Shown: piece after piece, positions 28,636-37,700 of the stretch
How the letters are laid out: the number at the start of each line of letters is the position of its first letter
How positions within the stretch are numbered: position 1 is the stretch's first letter
Source: a virus
Taxonomy: Duplodnaviria > Caudoviricetes
Length of the DNA: 64,000 nucleotides
IMG/VR virus record: IMGVR_UViG_2711768162_000009
Coordinates: 41,963-105,962 of that record
Direction: 5' to 3' (one strand)
Position numbers and translations under genes: made by a program
The notes under the pieces: model-generated
What the model saw: only the letters and a program-made list of their open reading frames with translations
Told to the model about the DNA's origin: nothing
Database searches by the model: none

Positions 28636-29559
28636 ATGAAGATCGGATTCTACGGTCCCTACCCGACCAATCACTACCTGCTTCACCTCCACATCGAAGG
28701 CTCTCGGCTCTACGCCGGCATCCTCTACCCTGCTGACTTCTTGACCGATGAGCCCGACACGCGGATGGCCTACGCCGACTACCTAACGTGGTTCAAGAAT
28801 GCGGAAGTGGACTACAGCTACGCCGGCTACCCCAACAACTTCACCAATGGCGTCTTCGTTCGTGGTGTCGCCAATCAGCCGGCAGAGCGGTGGTTCGAAA
28901 TCAAGGGCAAGATCGCCTTCGATATGCAGTATGCCGCTGGCGAGGATGAGTTCTGCGACTTCTCGATCATCGACCTGAACATCAAGAACGACGGCACCTT
29001 CTACGGCATCCAGAACCGCTTCTCGCGGACTCGTGGCGACAAGGTGCTGAAGTCGCATCGTGCACGGGCGGCCATCGACGTCAGCACCGTTCTGACGGTC
29101 GTCTTCCCCTTCTGTGCGCAGTCGTTCGAGGATGCGGAGTTGATCATCGTGCCCTACGGCGAGGGCTTTGAGCCCATTGGGGTTGAACCCGACTTCCGAG
29201 TCAGTGCCAAGCCGCCAGGCGAACGCCTGATACGCGATCTCTACTCGCCAAAGTTCGAAACTCCGGTGGTCCAGGTAAAGCCTGACGACATGGTTCAGAT
29301 CCCCTTCAGCACCACTTGGAATGGCGGCAGCGAGTATCCGCACGAGGAAGGCGAGCCGATTGACCGAGCCATCACTTACGAGGTCGAGCCGACCTCCGGC
29401 TACGTCGGTATCCGGCGAGTCACCACGGATGATCAGGGCAACGGCGTGATTCGGTTCAGAGCGCTCGACATGCTGCCCGGCGAGAAGGCCAAGGTGAAAT
29501 TGAATCTCGGCCATTTCTCCGCGCTGGGCGCTGTCGAGATCGAGGTGGTCGATGCTTAA
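28636..29559 (+). CDS. Hypothetical protein, paralogue 1 (MKIGFYGPYP family; beta-rich C-terminus)
   Basis: GAGG RBS; colinear with 32517..33437. Confidence 0.8.
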   Translation: MKIGFYGPYPTNHYLLHLHIEGSRLYAGILYPADFLTDEPDTRMAYADYLTWFKNAEVDYSYAGYPNNFTNGVFVRGVANQPAERWFEIKGKIAFDMQYAAGEDEFCDFSIIDLNIKNDGTFYGIQNRFSRTRGDKVLKSHRARAAIDVSTVLTVVFPFCAQSFEDAELIIVPYGEGFEPIGVEPDFRVSAKPPGERLIRDLYSPKFETPVVQVKPDDMVQIPFSTTWNGGSEYPHEEGEPIDRAITYEVEPTSGYVGIRRVTTDDQGNGVIRFRALDMLPGEKAKVKLNLGHFSALGAVEIEVVDA

Positions 29560-30550
29560 CGTCTTCCTTGGCTACGCCTGCAACTTCAACTGCGGCTATT
29601 GCCTTCAGGAGCCAGAACACGAGCGGGGGCCTAATCGGGCTCCCCGCCTGGATGCATTCTTCGAGAAGGTCATTCCAGAGATCAAGCGCCAGGGCATTCG
29701 CGAGATCGCCTACTGGGGCGGCGAGCCGCTGGTCTACTGGAACGCCATCATGGAAATCCACGAGCGACTGCTCGACGAAGGCATCAGGTTTGACCTGGTG
29801 AAGTTCGTCACCAACGGGAGTCTGCTCAAGGAGCATCACGTCAAAGTGCTCAATGCCTGGGGCGCCTACGTGGTCGTGTCCATGCACGAAGGCTTCGGTG
29901 AACCCAACTGGGACATGGTGGCTCAGCTCCATAAATCGAGCCTGTCGTTCCTGTTTCGCAAGGATCGCCTGAGCCCAATGGAGTGGCTTGAGCGCGTCGA
30001 AGAACTCGAGGCCCACTACCAGCGACCATTCTTCCCCTACATGCACTGGATTCGCTCAACGGACGGTGCGGCGGAGAAATGGTGGCTCGGCCACGAAGAC
30101 CTTGATGAACACGTCGCAGAGCTATGGGAGCTGGCCCGGATGCGCATTGAGGGGCATCGCCTGGCACATGGTCTATGGGAGGCTCACCTTCAAGACTGGC
30201 GCAGCAAGATGCGACCGGGCCGCGAAGCCGTCCCGATGTGCTTCGGCAAGCATCAGATCGACATTGACCTAGACGGCAATCTCTACGGCTGCCACCACAC
30301 CGTCAACGACTCGATGAAGGTCGGCACCCTGGCAGAAGGCGCCAAGGATATTGTGGTGATGAGCCGCATCCGTCGCTTCGTGGACACCAAAGAGTGTATG
30401 GCCTGCCCGATCAAGACCTGGTGCCGGGGCAACTGCCACCTCTCCAACACCCACGACGTTGACTGCCGGCTGTCCAAAGAGAAGCACCGCATTCTCCAAT
30501 GGATCGACGCCAACGAGCGCGGCATCGACGCTATTGCCATCGACGTTTGA
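29552..30550 (+). CDS. Radical SAM / SPASM domain protein 1
   Basis: CNFNCGYC, WGGEPL, VTNGSLL; SPASM C...DGNLYGC...CMAC...CRGNC...C. Confidence 0.92.
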   Translation: MLNVFLGYACNFNCGYCLQEPEHERGPNRAPRLDAFFEKVIPEIKRQGIREIAYWGGEPLVYWNAIMEIHERLLDEGIRFDLVKFVTNGSLLKEHHVKVLNAWGAYVVVSMHEGFGEPNWDMVAQLHKSSLSFLFRKDRLSPMEWLERVEELEAHYQRPFFPYMHWIRSTDGAAEKWWLGHEDLDEHVAELWELARMRIEGHRLAHGLWEAHLQDWRSKMRPGREAVPMCFGKHQIDIDLDGNLYGCHHTVNDSMKVGTLAEGAKDIVVMSRIRRFVDTKECMACPIKTWCRGNCHLSNTHDVDCRLSKEKHRILQWIDANERGIDAIAIDV

Positions 30551-30579
30551 CCAACTTAATCAGTAAGGACTGACTGACC

Positions 30580-31869
30580 ATGTTTACGATTACCCTGCGC
30601 CGTCAGAATGGCGAGGAATTCCAGCTCCAATATGATCACCGTGCCAATCGCCTGCTGACGATGGAGGGCCTAGACGCCCTGCCGTTCTATCACGAGAAGC
30701 GGGAGTGGTCAGTCGCCCGGTCCTTTAGTCCCGACAACCCCGTTGGTAAGACCGGCAAGGTCAAGAATCTCAAGATTCAGCTCGGCCTGAAGTGCAACTA
30801 CTCATGCGCCTACTGCAACCAGGCGGTTCATGTTGGCAGCGAGGTTCACACCAATCTCGATGACGTGCATGAGTTCATGGCTGGGCTCGATAGCTGGATG
30901 GAGACAGCGCCCCAGCGTATCGAGCTGTGGGGTGGCGAGCCGCTGGTCTACTGGAAGAAGCTCAAGGTGCTGATTCCGGCGTTGCACGAGCGCTTCCCGC
31001 AGGCGCAGTTCGTGATGATCACCAACGGCTCTCTACTGGACGACGAGAAGTTCGCCTTCATCGAGCGATACGATATGGCGATCGCCATGTCCCATGACGG
31101 CCCCGGCCAGCATTTGCGAGGCCCTGACCCGTTCGAACAGCCCGAGACCGTCCGGATCGTTCGGCGCTTCATCGAAGAGCGCCCCCACCGCTTCTCGATA
31201 AACAGCGTAATCACCAAAGCCAACACCGACATCAATGCCATCGTCGACTGGTTCCGTGAGCGCGTTCACCCCGACGCTCCCGTTAACTTCGAAGGGGTCG
31301 TCAATCACTACGACGAAGCCGGTGTAGGGTTCACGGAGCGCTTCACTGAGCGCGATTACGAGAAACTGGTGTCATCACTCAAGGAGAATCTGAAAGACGC
31401 TGAGAAGCGCTCCCAGGGGCTAGAAGCGCGTGTTTACGACTTCATCGAATCCATCATGGAAGCTCGCCCACACACGTCGCTGGGTCAGAAGTGCGGAATG
31501 GACAGCGAAGACCGGCTGGCGGTCGATCTGAAGGGCAACGTCATGACCTGCCAGAACACGGGAGCAACCTCGGAGCACGGCATTGGCTCCGTCTTCGACA
31601 TGGATAACGTGAAGCTGACCACCTCCTGGCACTGGATGGAGCGGCCCGACTGTGAGGGCTGTCCCTACCTTCAGCTTTGTGCCGGCGGCTGCATGTTCCT
31701 CGAGGACAAGAACTGGGTCGATACCTGCAACAACGAGTATCACTACGCCAAGGGTATCTTTGAGGGTGCCTTGCGAATGCTGACCGGCGCTGACGTCGTT
31801 GCCTTCGAGGGCCATCACACTCGGCCCAAGGCCCCTTCCGACAACCTGATTCCGGTGATGGCGGTATGA
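30580..31869 (+). CDS. Radical SAM / SPASM domain protein 2
   Basis: CNYSCAYC, WGGEPL, ITNGSLL, SHDG; SPASM KCG...GNVMTC...CEGC...CAGGC...C. Confidence 0.92.
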   Translation: MFTITLRRQNGEEFQLQYDHRANRLLTMEGLDALPFYHEKREWSVARSFSPDNPVGKTGKVKNLKIQLGLKCNYSCAYCNQAVHVGSEVHTNLDDVHEFMAGLDSWMETAPQRIELWGGEPLVYWKKLKVLIPALHERFPQAQFVMITNGSLLDDEKFAFIERYDMAIAMSHDGPGQHLRGPDPFEQPETVRIVRRFIEERPHRFSINSVITKANTDINAIVDWFRERVHPDAPVNFEGVVNHYDEAGVGFTERFTERDYEKLVSSLKENLKDAEKRSQGLEARVYDFIESIMEARPHTSLGQKCGMDSEDRLAVDLKGNVMTCQNTGATSEHGIGSVFDMDNVKLTTSWHWMERPDCEGCPYLQLCAGGCMFLEDKNWVDTCNNEYHYAKGIFEGALRMLTGADVVAFEGHHTRPKAPSDNLIPVMAV

Positions 31870-32459
31870 GCGAATTTACAGGCTTCAATGGGCTTATCGG
31901 CATCTACGACATAGACGATTTCACCGCGACGGAATGGGAGACGGTGGTTGGCCTATGCAACAAGATGGCCCAAAGCGAGGGAGTGGCGCAGCAGCTCACC
32001 GCCGGCAACACTCGAGCCGACGTCATTGGCGACACGCCGGAGCTGCAACGCATCTCAAGCGCTCTCGAAGAGGCCATCGGTCATTACCTGGTGGCGAACT
32101 TTCCCGTCGTGCTGCATCCCGACACCGAACTCGATCTCGCTCGGGTCGGCTCCTGGTTCAGCGTCTACAGGAAGGGTGAAAGTCAGGCGACGCACACCCA
32201 TGACGCCGACCTGTCTGCGCTGATCTACTTCGACACGGTAGAGGAAGACCACGGCGGCCTGACAATCTTCACTAACCCGGTAAACCCGCACCTGCCGGTA
32301 GGCTCTGGGTTGATGCAAAAAGGACTGCGGGTCCATCTCCCTGTCGAGGCGGTGAAGGGCCGAATCGTAGTGTTCCCGAGCTATCTCGAGCACGGCTGCT
32401 CAACCTATGAAGGACCAGGGCTGAGACGAGTCCTGGCTGCCGACTTCACGGCTCAATAG
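31866..32459 (+). CDS. Putative Fe(II)/2OG oxygenase (TIGR02466-like)
   Basis: SW...HTH...LSALIY...GG...F.NP...VVFPSYLEH...RRVLA double-stranded beta-helix pattern. Confidence 0.8.
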   Translation: MSEFTGFNGLIGIYDIDDFTATEWETVVGLCNKMAQSEGVAQQLTAGNTRADVIGDTPELQRISSALEEAIGHYLVANFPVVLHPDTELDLARVGSWFSVYRKGESQATHTHDADLSALIYFDTVEEDHGGLTIFTNPVNPHLPVGSGLMQKGLRVHLPVEAVKGRIVVFPSYLEHGCSTYEGPGLRRVLAADFTAQ

Positions 32460-32516
32460 GTAAGTCACTGGTTACTTATCTGATATACTGGCCCAACCGC
32501 AACAGGAGGCTCTGAC

Positions 32517-33437
32517 ATGAAAGTTGGCTTTTACGGCCCCTACCCCATACAGGCGCAACAAGTGCATCTCTACATCGAGGAATCCCGCATCTACGTGGGC
32601 ATCTTGGCGCCGTTCACCTCGAAGCACTACAAGCCCGAGCACTTCATGACCTACCCGGAATATCTGGAGTGGTTCAAGACTGTCGAGGCTGAGCACGAAT
32701 ACGCCGGATACCCGAACAACAACTACAACCACTACATCGTGACAGGCGTTCCCGGCCACGACCCGGAAGCGCGCTTTCTCATCCTTGGAAAGCTGGGCTT
32801 CGATCTGCGCTACGCCGCTGGCGAGGATGAAGTGACCGACTTCACCATCCTCGACGTCAATATCTACAACGACCGAACGCTGGCCGGTATCCAGAACCGC
32901 TTTGCGAACACCCGCAATGAGAAGGCCATCAAGTCCCATCGCGTCCGTGCGCTGGATAACGTCAGCACCGTTGCGACCATCGTTTTCCCCTACAAGTCAG
33001 ACACCTTCGAGGATGCCGAGCTGGTAGTGGTGCCCTACAACGAGACCGGGCGACCTCTGGGAATGGAGCCGGACGTGTGGTTCGACGCCAAGCCGCCAGG
33101 CGAACGGCTGATCGCGGACATGTATTCGCCCAAGTTCGTTCAGCCGGTGGTCGAGGCCAAAGCCGGTGAGCTGGTCAGGATTCCCTTCAGCACCACCTGG
33201 AATGGCGGTGACGAATACGATCACGCCGAAGGTGAGCCTTTGTCTCGCGCTGTGACCTACAAGGTGGAGGCCACTGCGGGCTATGTGCCAAAGCGTCGGA
33301 TCGTCACTGACGAGAAAGGTAGCGGCGAGATCCTGTTCCGGGCCACCGACCTAGAGCCAGGCGACGAAGCCAAGGTGAAGCTGAACATCGGCCACTTCAC
33401 CGGCATCAGCCACGTCACCGTGAAGATCACTGAGTAA
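32517..33437 (+). CDS. Hypothetical protein, paralogue 2 (MKVGFYGPYP family)
   Basis: AGGAGG RBS; shares YAAGEDE, GIQNRF, AKPPGERLI, IPFSTTWNGG and AKVKLN with 28636..29559. Confidence 0.8.
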   Translation: MKVGFYGPYPIQAQQVHLYIEESRIYVGILAPFTSKHYKPEHFMTYPEYLEWFKTVEAEHEYAGYPNNNYNHYIVTGVPGHDPEARFLILGKLGFDLRYAAGEDEVTDFTILDVNIYNDRTLAGIQNRFANTRNEKAIKSHRVRALDNVSTVATIVFPYKSDTFEDAELVVVPYNETGRPLGMEPDVWFDAKPPGERLIADMYSPKFVQPVVEAKAGELVRIPFSTTWNGGDEYDHAEGEPLSRAVTYKVEATAGYVPKRRIVTDEKGSGEILFRATDLEPGDEAKVKLNIGHFTGISHVTVKITE

Positions 33438-33480
33438 CCCCAGGGCACCCTAGCGGTGCCCTCTTCTCTTCGAGACTCCC

Positions 33481-34215
33481 ATGAACATCAAGTCCCACAC
33501 CCAGATTCAGACCATCTTCCCCTCCTTCGTGATGCACAAGCGCTGGGAGATGCCGCCGGGGTTTAACGAGCGACTGCACGAACTCGCGTGCGAAGACGCC
33601 ATCAGGAACCGGATCACGAAAGCAGACAACCCCACCAATATCGGTGACACCTCGAATCACCTCGGGCACCTTCGTCACAACTTCCTGGTCGAGTGCCAGG
33701 AGCCTGAAGTGAAGACTCTGACCCAGATGGCTGACCTGGCCGTGAGGGAGTATCTGGCCTCGGTTTACGGCTATCAGCACGAAGGCGAGGTTCGCATGAT
33801 GAGCGACACCTTTTGGCAGCGCCGAAGTCATGGCGAAAACGTCGGCATCAACAGTCACACCCACATCAAGGCTGATCTGGTGGTGACCTACTACCCTCGC
33901 GTAGACGTGGAGCCGGGGGAAACTAGCTCGCTACGCAAGGGAGCATGTCGCTTCTACGACCCGGCCAACGTCGGCAAGCGCTTCTGGCCCTGCAACAACG
34001 ACGCCTTCTTCGTCGGAGGCTGGTATCAGTTGGAGCCGCAGGAGGGCTCAATGACAGTGTTCGAGGGCTACGTCCCTCACGACAGCACGTTCTTCTCCGG
34101 TGAAGAGCGAATGTGCATCCCGATCCTCGTGGACGTCGATACACCCAAGAAGCACTGCAAAGCTGCGGTGAGCGACATTCTCGGCTACAAGCCCTGGGAG
34201 AAAGGCCATGAGTGA
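33481..34215 (+). CDS. Putative Fe(II)/2OG oxygenase (TIGR02466-like)
   Basis: HTH...LVVTYY...RFYDP...PQEGSMTVFEGYVPH...ERMCI. Confidence 0.75.
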   Translation: MNIKSHTQIQTIFPSFVMHKRWEMPPGFNERLHELACEDAIRNRITKADNPTNIGDTSNHLGHLRHNFLVECQEPEVKTLTQMADLAVREYLASVYGYQHEGEVRMMSDTFWQRRSHGENVGINSHTHIKADLVVTYYPRVDVEPGETSSLRKGACRFYDPANVGKRFWPCNNDAFFVGGWYQLEPQEGSMTVFEGYVPHDSTFFSGEERMCIPILVDVDTPKKHCKAAVSDILGYKPWEKGHE

Positions 34216-34825
34216 GCTGCCAGGTTTCAGTGATCTAGTGATGGCCGTTCAGATTCGCGACTTCACAGAAGCCGAATGGAGTGCGTTAGAGCACATCGCA
34301 GAGAGCCACACCAGGCAGGTCTCGCGACGCAACGACCCAAAGAGCCCTGGTGCGGAGCCGCTTACCACCGCGGATTACGACGACCTTATCGGTAGTATTC
34401 CTGCACTAGAGCGCATCGGAAAGGCACTTGATGAGGTGGCGGAGCTGTATCTCTCCACTCAGCACCCTGGGGCGCCGGTCCTTGGCTATGGGCTGAAGCG
34501 AACCGGCTCTTGGATGAGCGTCTACAAGACCGGCCAGGCACGCGAAACCCATACTCACGACTCGGACGTCAGCGTGGTGTTGTTTGTCGATGACGTGCCC
34601 GAAGAGGACGGCGGAGTGCTGGGCTTTCTCAACCCCACGAATCGCCATGTGATCGGCGGCACAGGGCTACTTCAGACGACGTTCCGAAAGCAATTCACCC
34701 TTACGCCGCAGAGGTGCGTCGCCGTTGCCTTCCCAGGCTACCTCGAGCACTTCGCCACCGAATACCAGGGACTAGACACCCGCCGGATCATCGCTGCTGA
34801 TTTTGCTGCATTTGATAGTAAGTAA
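34208..34825 (+). CDS. Putative Fe(II)/2OG oxygenase, paralogue of 31866..32459
   Basis: GSWMSVY...THTHDSD...FPGYLEH...RRIIAADF. Confidence 0.8.
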   Translation: MSELPGFSDLVMAVQIRDFTEAEWSALEHIAESHTRQVSRRNDPKSPGAEPLTTADYDDLIGSIPALERIGKALDEVAELYLSTQHPGAPVLGYGLKRTGSWMSVYKTGQARETHTHDSDVSVVLFVDDVPEEDGGVLGFLNPTNRHVIGGTGLLQTTFRKQFTLTPQRCVAVAFPGYLEHFATEYQGLDTRRIIAADFAAFDSK

Positions 34826-34883
34826 TCGCTGACTTACTATGGTATATTGCCCCTTGGACTTGACTTTCTACAGGGGCAATTAG

Positions 34884-35231
34884 GTGAACGAGCACATCTC
34901 CGTTCCGCAGCCCGATCACTCACCCGCCGCCGGCGCTCTCGAGCAAACGTCGGTCAATTGGGCAGACAAAAGCCTCTGGGTAGTGGTTGGGCTGATCCTC
35001 CTGGGCCACATGGCCCGCAATCTCGTCTCCGACGAGCCGTTCAACCTCAAGAAGTTCATTGGCGAGATGCTGCTGGCCGGCATCGGCGCTGTCGTCATCT
35101 ACCTCTTCGGCATTCTTCAGGGCTTGCCGGAGATTCAAATCATCCTGATCGGAAGTCTGACCAGTCTTGGCGGCATTCGCGCGCTCGAATGGGCCGCAAA
35201 GATTTACCGCCTTTCCAAGAAACTGCACTAA
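34884..35231 (+). CDS. Holin (3 TM, probable)
   Basis: Three hydrophobic segments, basic C-terminus, directly upstream of endolysin. Confidence 0.75.
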   Translation: MNEHISVPQPDHSPAAGALEQTSVNWADKSLWVVVGLILLGHMARNLVSDEPFNLKKFIGEMLLAGIGAVVIYLFGILQGLPEIQIILIGSLTSLGGIRALEWAAKIYRLSKKLH

Positions 35232-35241
35232 GGAGGCTGCA

Positions 35242-35715
35242 ATGAGCTTTGCACCCAACTTCCCCCAGCATGAGTTCGAGGCGTCCCAGACCGCAGCTCG
35301 CAAGGGCATCGACAACTCGCTCCCGGCTGACAAGCTGGATGACATGGTGAAGGTGTCCTGGTGGCTTCAGGAGCTTCGCAACAAGATCAACCGCATCCAC
35401 CGCACCGAGTCTCGCGCCCGCGAGCTGCCGGTGATCATCACCAGCGGATACCGCTGCCCCGAGCTGAACACTGCCATCGGCGGCTCCAGCACCTCTCAGC
35501 ACATGCGCGCTCAAGCCGTGGACATTCATGTCCCCGGCATGACCGCTCGCCAACTTGTCGATTTCATCGCCGAGCACATGACCGGATACGACCAGATGAT
35601 CGAAGAGTTTGGTCGCTGGGTGCATGTAAGCGTGTGCGACAGCCCTCGCGGTGAAGTGCTGGTGGCTCGCAAGTCTGGCAAGGGCGTGCGCTACGCACCT
35701 CTGAAAGCGGACTGA
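35242..35715 (+). CDS. Endolysin, peptidase M15 family
   Basis: ITSGYRCPELN..IGG...SQH...AVDI...WVHVS. Confidence 0.9.
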   Translation: MSFAPNFPQHEFEASQTAARKGIDNSLPADKLDDMVKVSWWLQELRNKINRIHRTESRARELPVIITSGYRCPELNTAIGGSSTSQHMRAQAVDIHVPGMTARQLVDFIAEHMTGYDQMIEEFGRWVHVSVCDSPRGEVLVARKSGKGVRYAPLKAD

Positions 35716-35725
35716 GGGCGACACC

Positions 35726-36109
35726 ATGGCGGCCGGAATCTACACCATCGTCTGTGAGAAGCGAGCCAGCTTCCGACTGGACATTACTCACACCAATAAC
35801 GACGGCACTCCGATTCACCTGGGCGGCTTTCACGCCCAGATGGACGTGCGCCGTAGTCGAACCACCAACAGCAAGCTGATCACCAGCCTGTCCACCGACA
35901 ACGGTCGTATCCAGATTCCGGCGCCTGAGACTGGCGAGATTCTTCTCGCCATGGCCCCCGAGGATACCGCCGAGCTGCCACCAGGCGACTACTTCTACGA
36001 CGTCGTGATCTACCGCACCACCACTCATCCCGACGGCTCGACGGGCAAAGAGGTGGTGCGCTTGCTGGAGGGGAACTTTGTGATCCGACAAGGGGTGACA
36101 GACGTATGA
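35726..36109 (+). CDS. Virion structural protein (BppU/adaptor-like)
   Basis: AQMDVRR...YFYDVVI...RLLEGNFVI..GVT pattern. Confidence 0.6.
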   Translation: MAAGIYTIVCEKRASFRLDITHTNNDGTPIHLGGFHAQMDVRRSRTTNSKLITSLSTDNGRIQIPAPETGEILLAMAPEDTAELPPGDYFYDVVIYRTTTHPDGSTGKEVVRLLEGNFVIRQGVTDV

Positions 36110-36354
36110 GCAGAACCAGCATCAAGGTCGTGGTGACACCTGATAACCAGGTGTTCGAGAAGGACGACAACAAGATTCGCGTAGCGAGTGTCGGCGTTCA
36201 GGGTGTGCCTGGCCCACACATCATCGAGGGCGCAGTCGATACCGACCTCGAGACCAAGCAAGAAGGCGCTGTGATGGCCTTCAGCGAAGACTCGCAGAAG
36301 TGGGAATCCACCAACGAGCTTCGCAACATCAAGATCAACTGTGGGAGTTTCTAA
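36106..36354 (+). CDS. Small tail-fibre-associated protein
   Basis: GVQGVPGP short collagen-like motif; coupled ORF. Confidence 0.6.
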   Translation: MSRTSIKVVVTPDNQVFEKDDNKIRVASVGVQGVPGPHIIEGAVDTDLETKQEGAVMAFSEDSQKWESTNELRNIKINCGSF

Positions 36355-36357
36355 ACC

Positions 36358-37650
36358 ATGAGCAACATCATTCAGATCAAGCGTTCGCACACCACGAACG
36401 CTCCGGCCAACCTGGGTGACGGCGAACTGGCCATGTCCCATCTGTCCCGCATCCTGTATGTGGGCGATGGCAGCAGTGTTCGTGCGATCGGTGGCGAAGG
36501 TGCCTTCATCCGTAAGGGTGGCGACACCATTACCGGCGACCTCGTGATTCAGGGCAACCTGGTGGTCAAAGGTGCTCAGTCCACCGTCGAGTCCAACACC
36601 GTCGCAATCGGCGATGCCGTCATTGAGCTGAACCAGGACATTGCCGCTGACGCTACACCCTCCGAGAACGCCGGCTTCGCCATCAAGCGTGGTGCTGAGG
36701 CGGACGTGTTCTGGATTTGGGACGAAGCCAACGACGTCTTCACCGGCAAGGTGGGTGACGCTCCTGCCTCAATCGCGGGCATGGAAAACATCGCGCTGTC
36801 TGGCACGCTGAGCGCGTTTGACGCCGCGTTGGATACCACGCTCAACGTCGGCACCGATCTCACCGTAGGCGGCAACTCCGTCGTGTCTGGCACAGGTCGC
36901 TACAACGGCCGTCTGACCACCACCGCCGGCATCACCAACACCGGGGCTTCGAGCTTCAACGGCACCTTCACCCAGACCGGCGGCGTGTTCAGCACTCGCG
37001 GTATCCGTGATGGGGCTACCACCAAGCAGATCGACGTCACCAACTCGCTGACTCAGGTGAACAATGACGTCAACGTGTCTGGTGCGATCACTGTCGGGGA
37101 AGAGTTCTCGTTCCTGTCGGGCGGTTCTGTCGCTGGAGCGGCCACCTTCGAGTCCACCGTTGACGTGATGAACCTGCGTCTGGACGGCAACACCGTCAGC
37201 TCCACCAACGACAACGGTGACATTTCGCTGACCCCGAACGGCACTGGCCGGGTCATCGTCGGCAACCTGGACGCCAACGGCGGCACCATCGACGGCACCG
37301 TGATTGGCGCAGCCTCCCCGGCCGCCATCACCGGCACCAAGATCACCGCTACCGACATCTTCGCCACTCGCGGTATCACCGATAACGCCACCGCGAAGAA
37401 GCTGGTGATCAACGACGCCACCACCACCATCAACAACGACCTGTCTGTTGGTGGCTCCAGCTCCGTGACCGGCGCGCTGTCCGTGGGTGAAGACGTCACC
37501 TTCAGCAAGAGCCTGTCTGTGGGTATGACCCTCTCGGTAGACGCTGCTTCCACCCTCACCGGCCGCGTGACCCTGGGTGAAAACCTCGTCGGTGCCGGCA
37601 CCTCCAGCTCCGCTATCCAGGGCTTCACCATCGACGGCGGCACGTTCTGA
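36358..37650 (+). CDS. Tail fibre protein
   Basis: IIQIKRS...LGDGELA N-terminal anchor; Gly/Thr-rich beta repeats; ends IDGGTF. Confidence 0.8.
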   Translation: MSNIIQIKRSHTTNAPANLGDGELAMSHLSRILYVGDGSSVRAIGGEGAFIRKGGDTITGDLVIQGNLVVKGAQSTVESNTVAIGDAVIELNQDIAADATPSENAGFAIKRGAEADVFWIWDEANDVFTGKVGDAPASIAGMENIALSGTLSAFDAALDTTLNVGTDLTVGGNSVVSGTGRYNGRLTTTAGITNTGASSFNGTFTQTGGVFSTRGIRDGATTKQIDVTNSLTQVNNDVNVSGAITVGEEFSFLSGGSVAGAATFESTVDVMNLRLDGNTVSSTNDNGDISLTPNGTGRVIVGNLDANGGTIDGTVIGAASPAAITGTKITATDIFATRGITDNATAKKLVINDATTTINNDLSVGGSSSVTGALSVGEDVTFSKSLSVGMTLSVDAASTLTGRVTLGENLVGAGTSSSAIQGFTIDGGTF

Positions 37651-37700
37651 TCAATACGGGTTCAAGGGGGCTTCGGCCCCCTACTGCATAGGGTTTACGC

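Noticed and set aside
29552-31869. rSAM genes as QueE, anaerobic RNR activase or sulfatase maturase
   Set aside because: Both have SPASM extensions, and no que/dpd, nrdD or sulfatase genes are in the window; the Cys-rich neighbour is a better substrate candidate, though a target outside the window cannot be excluded
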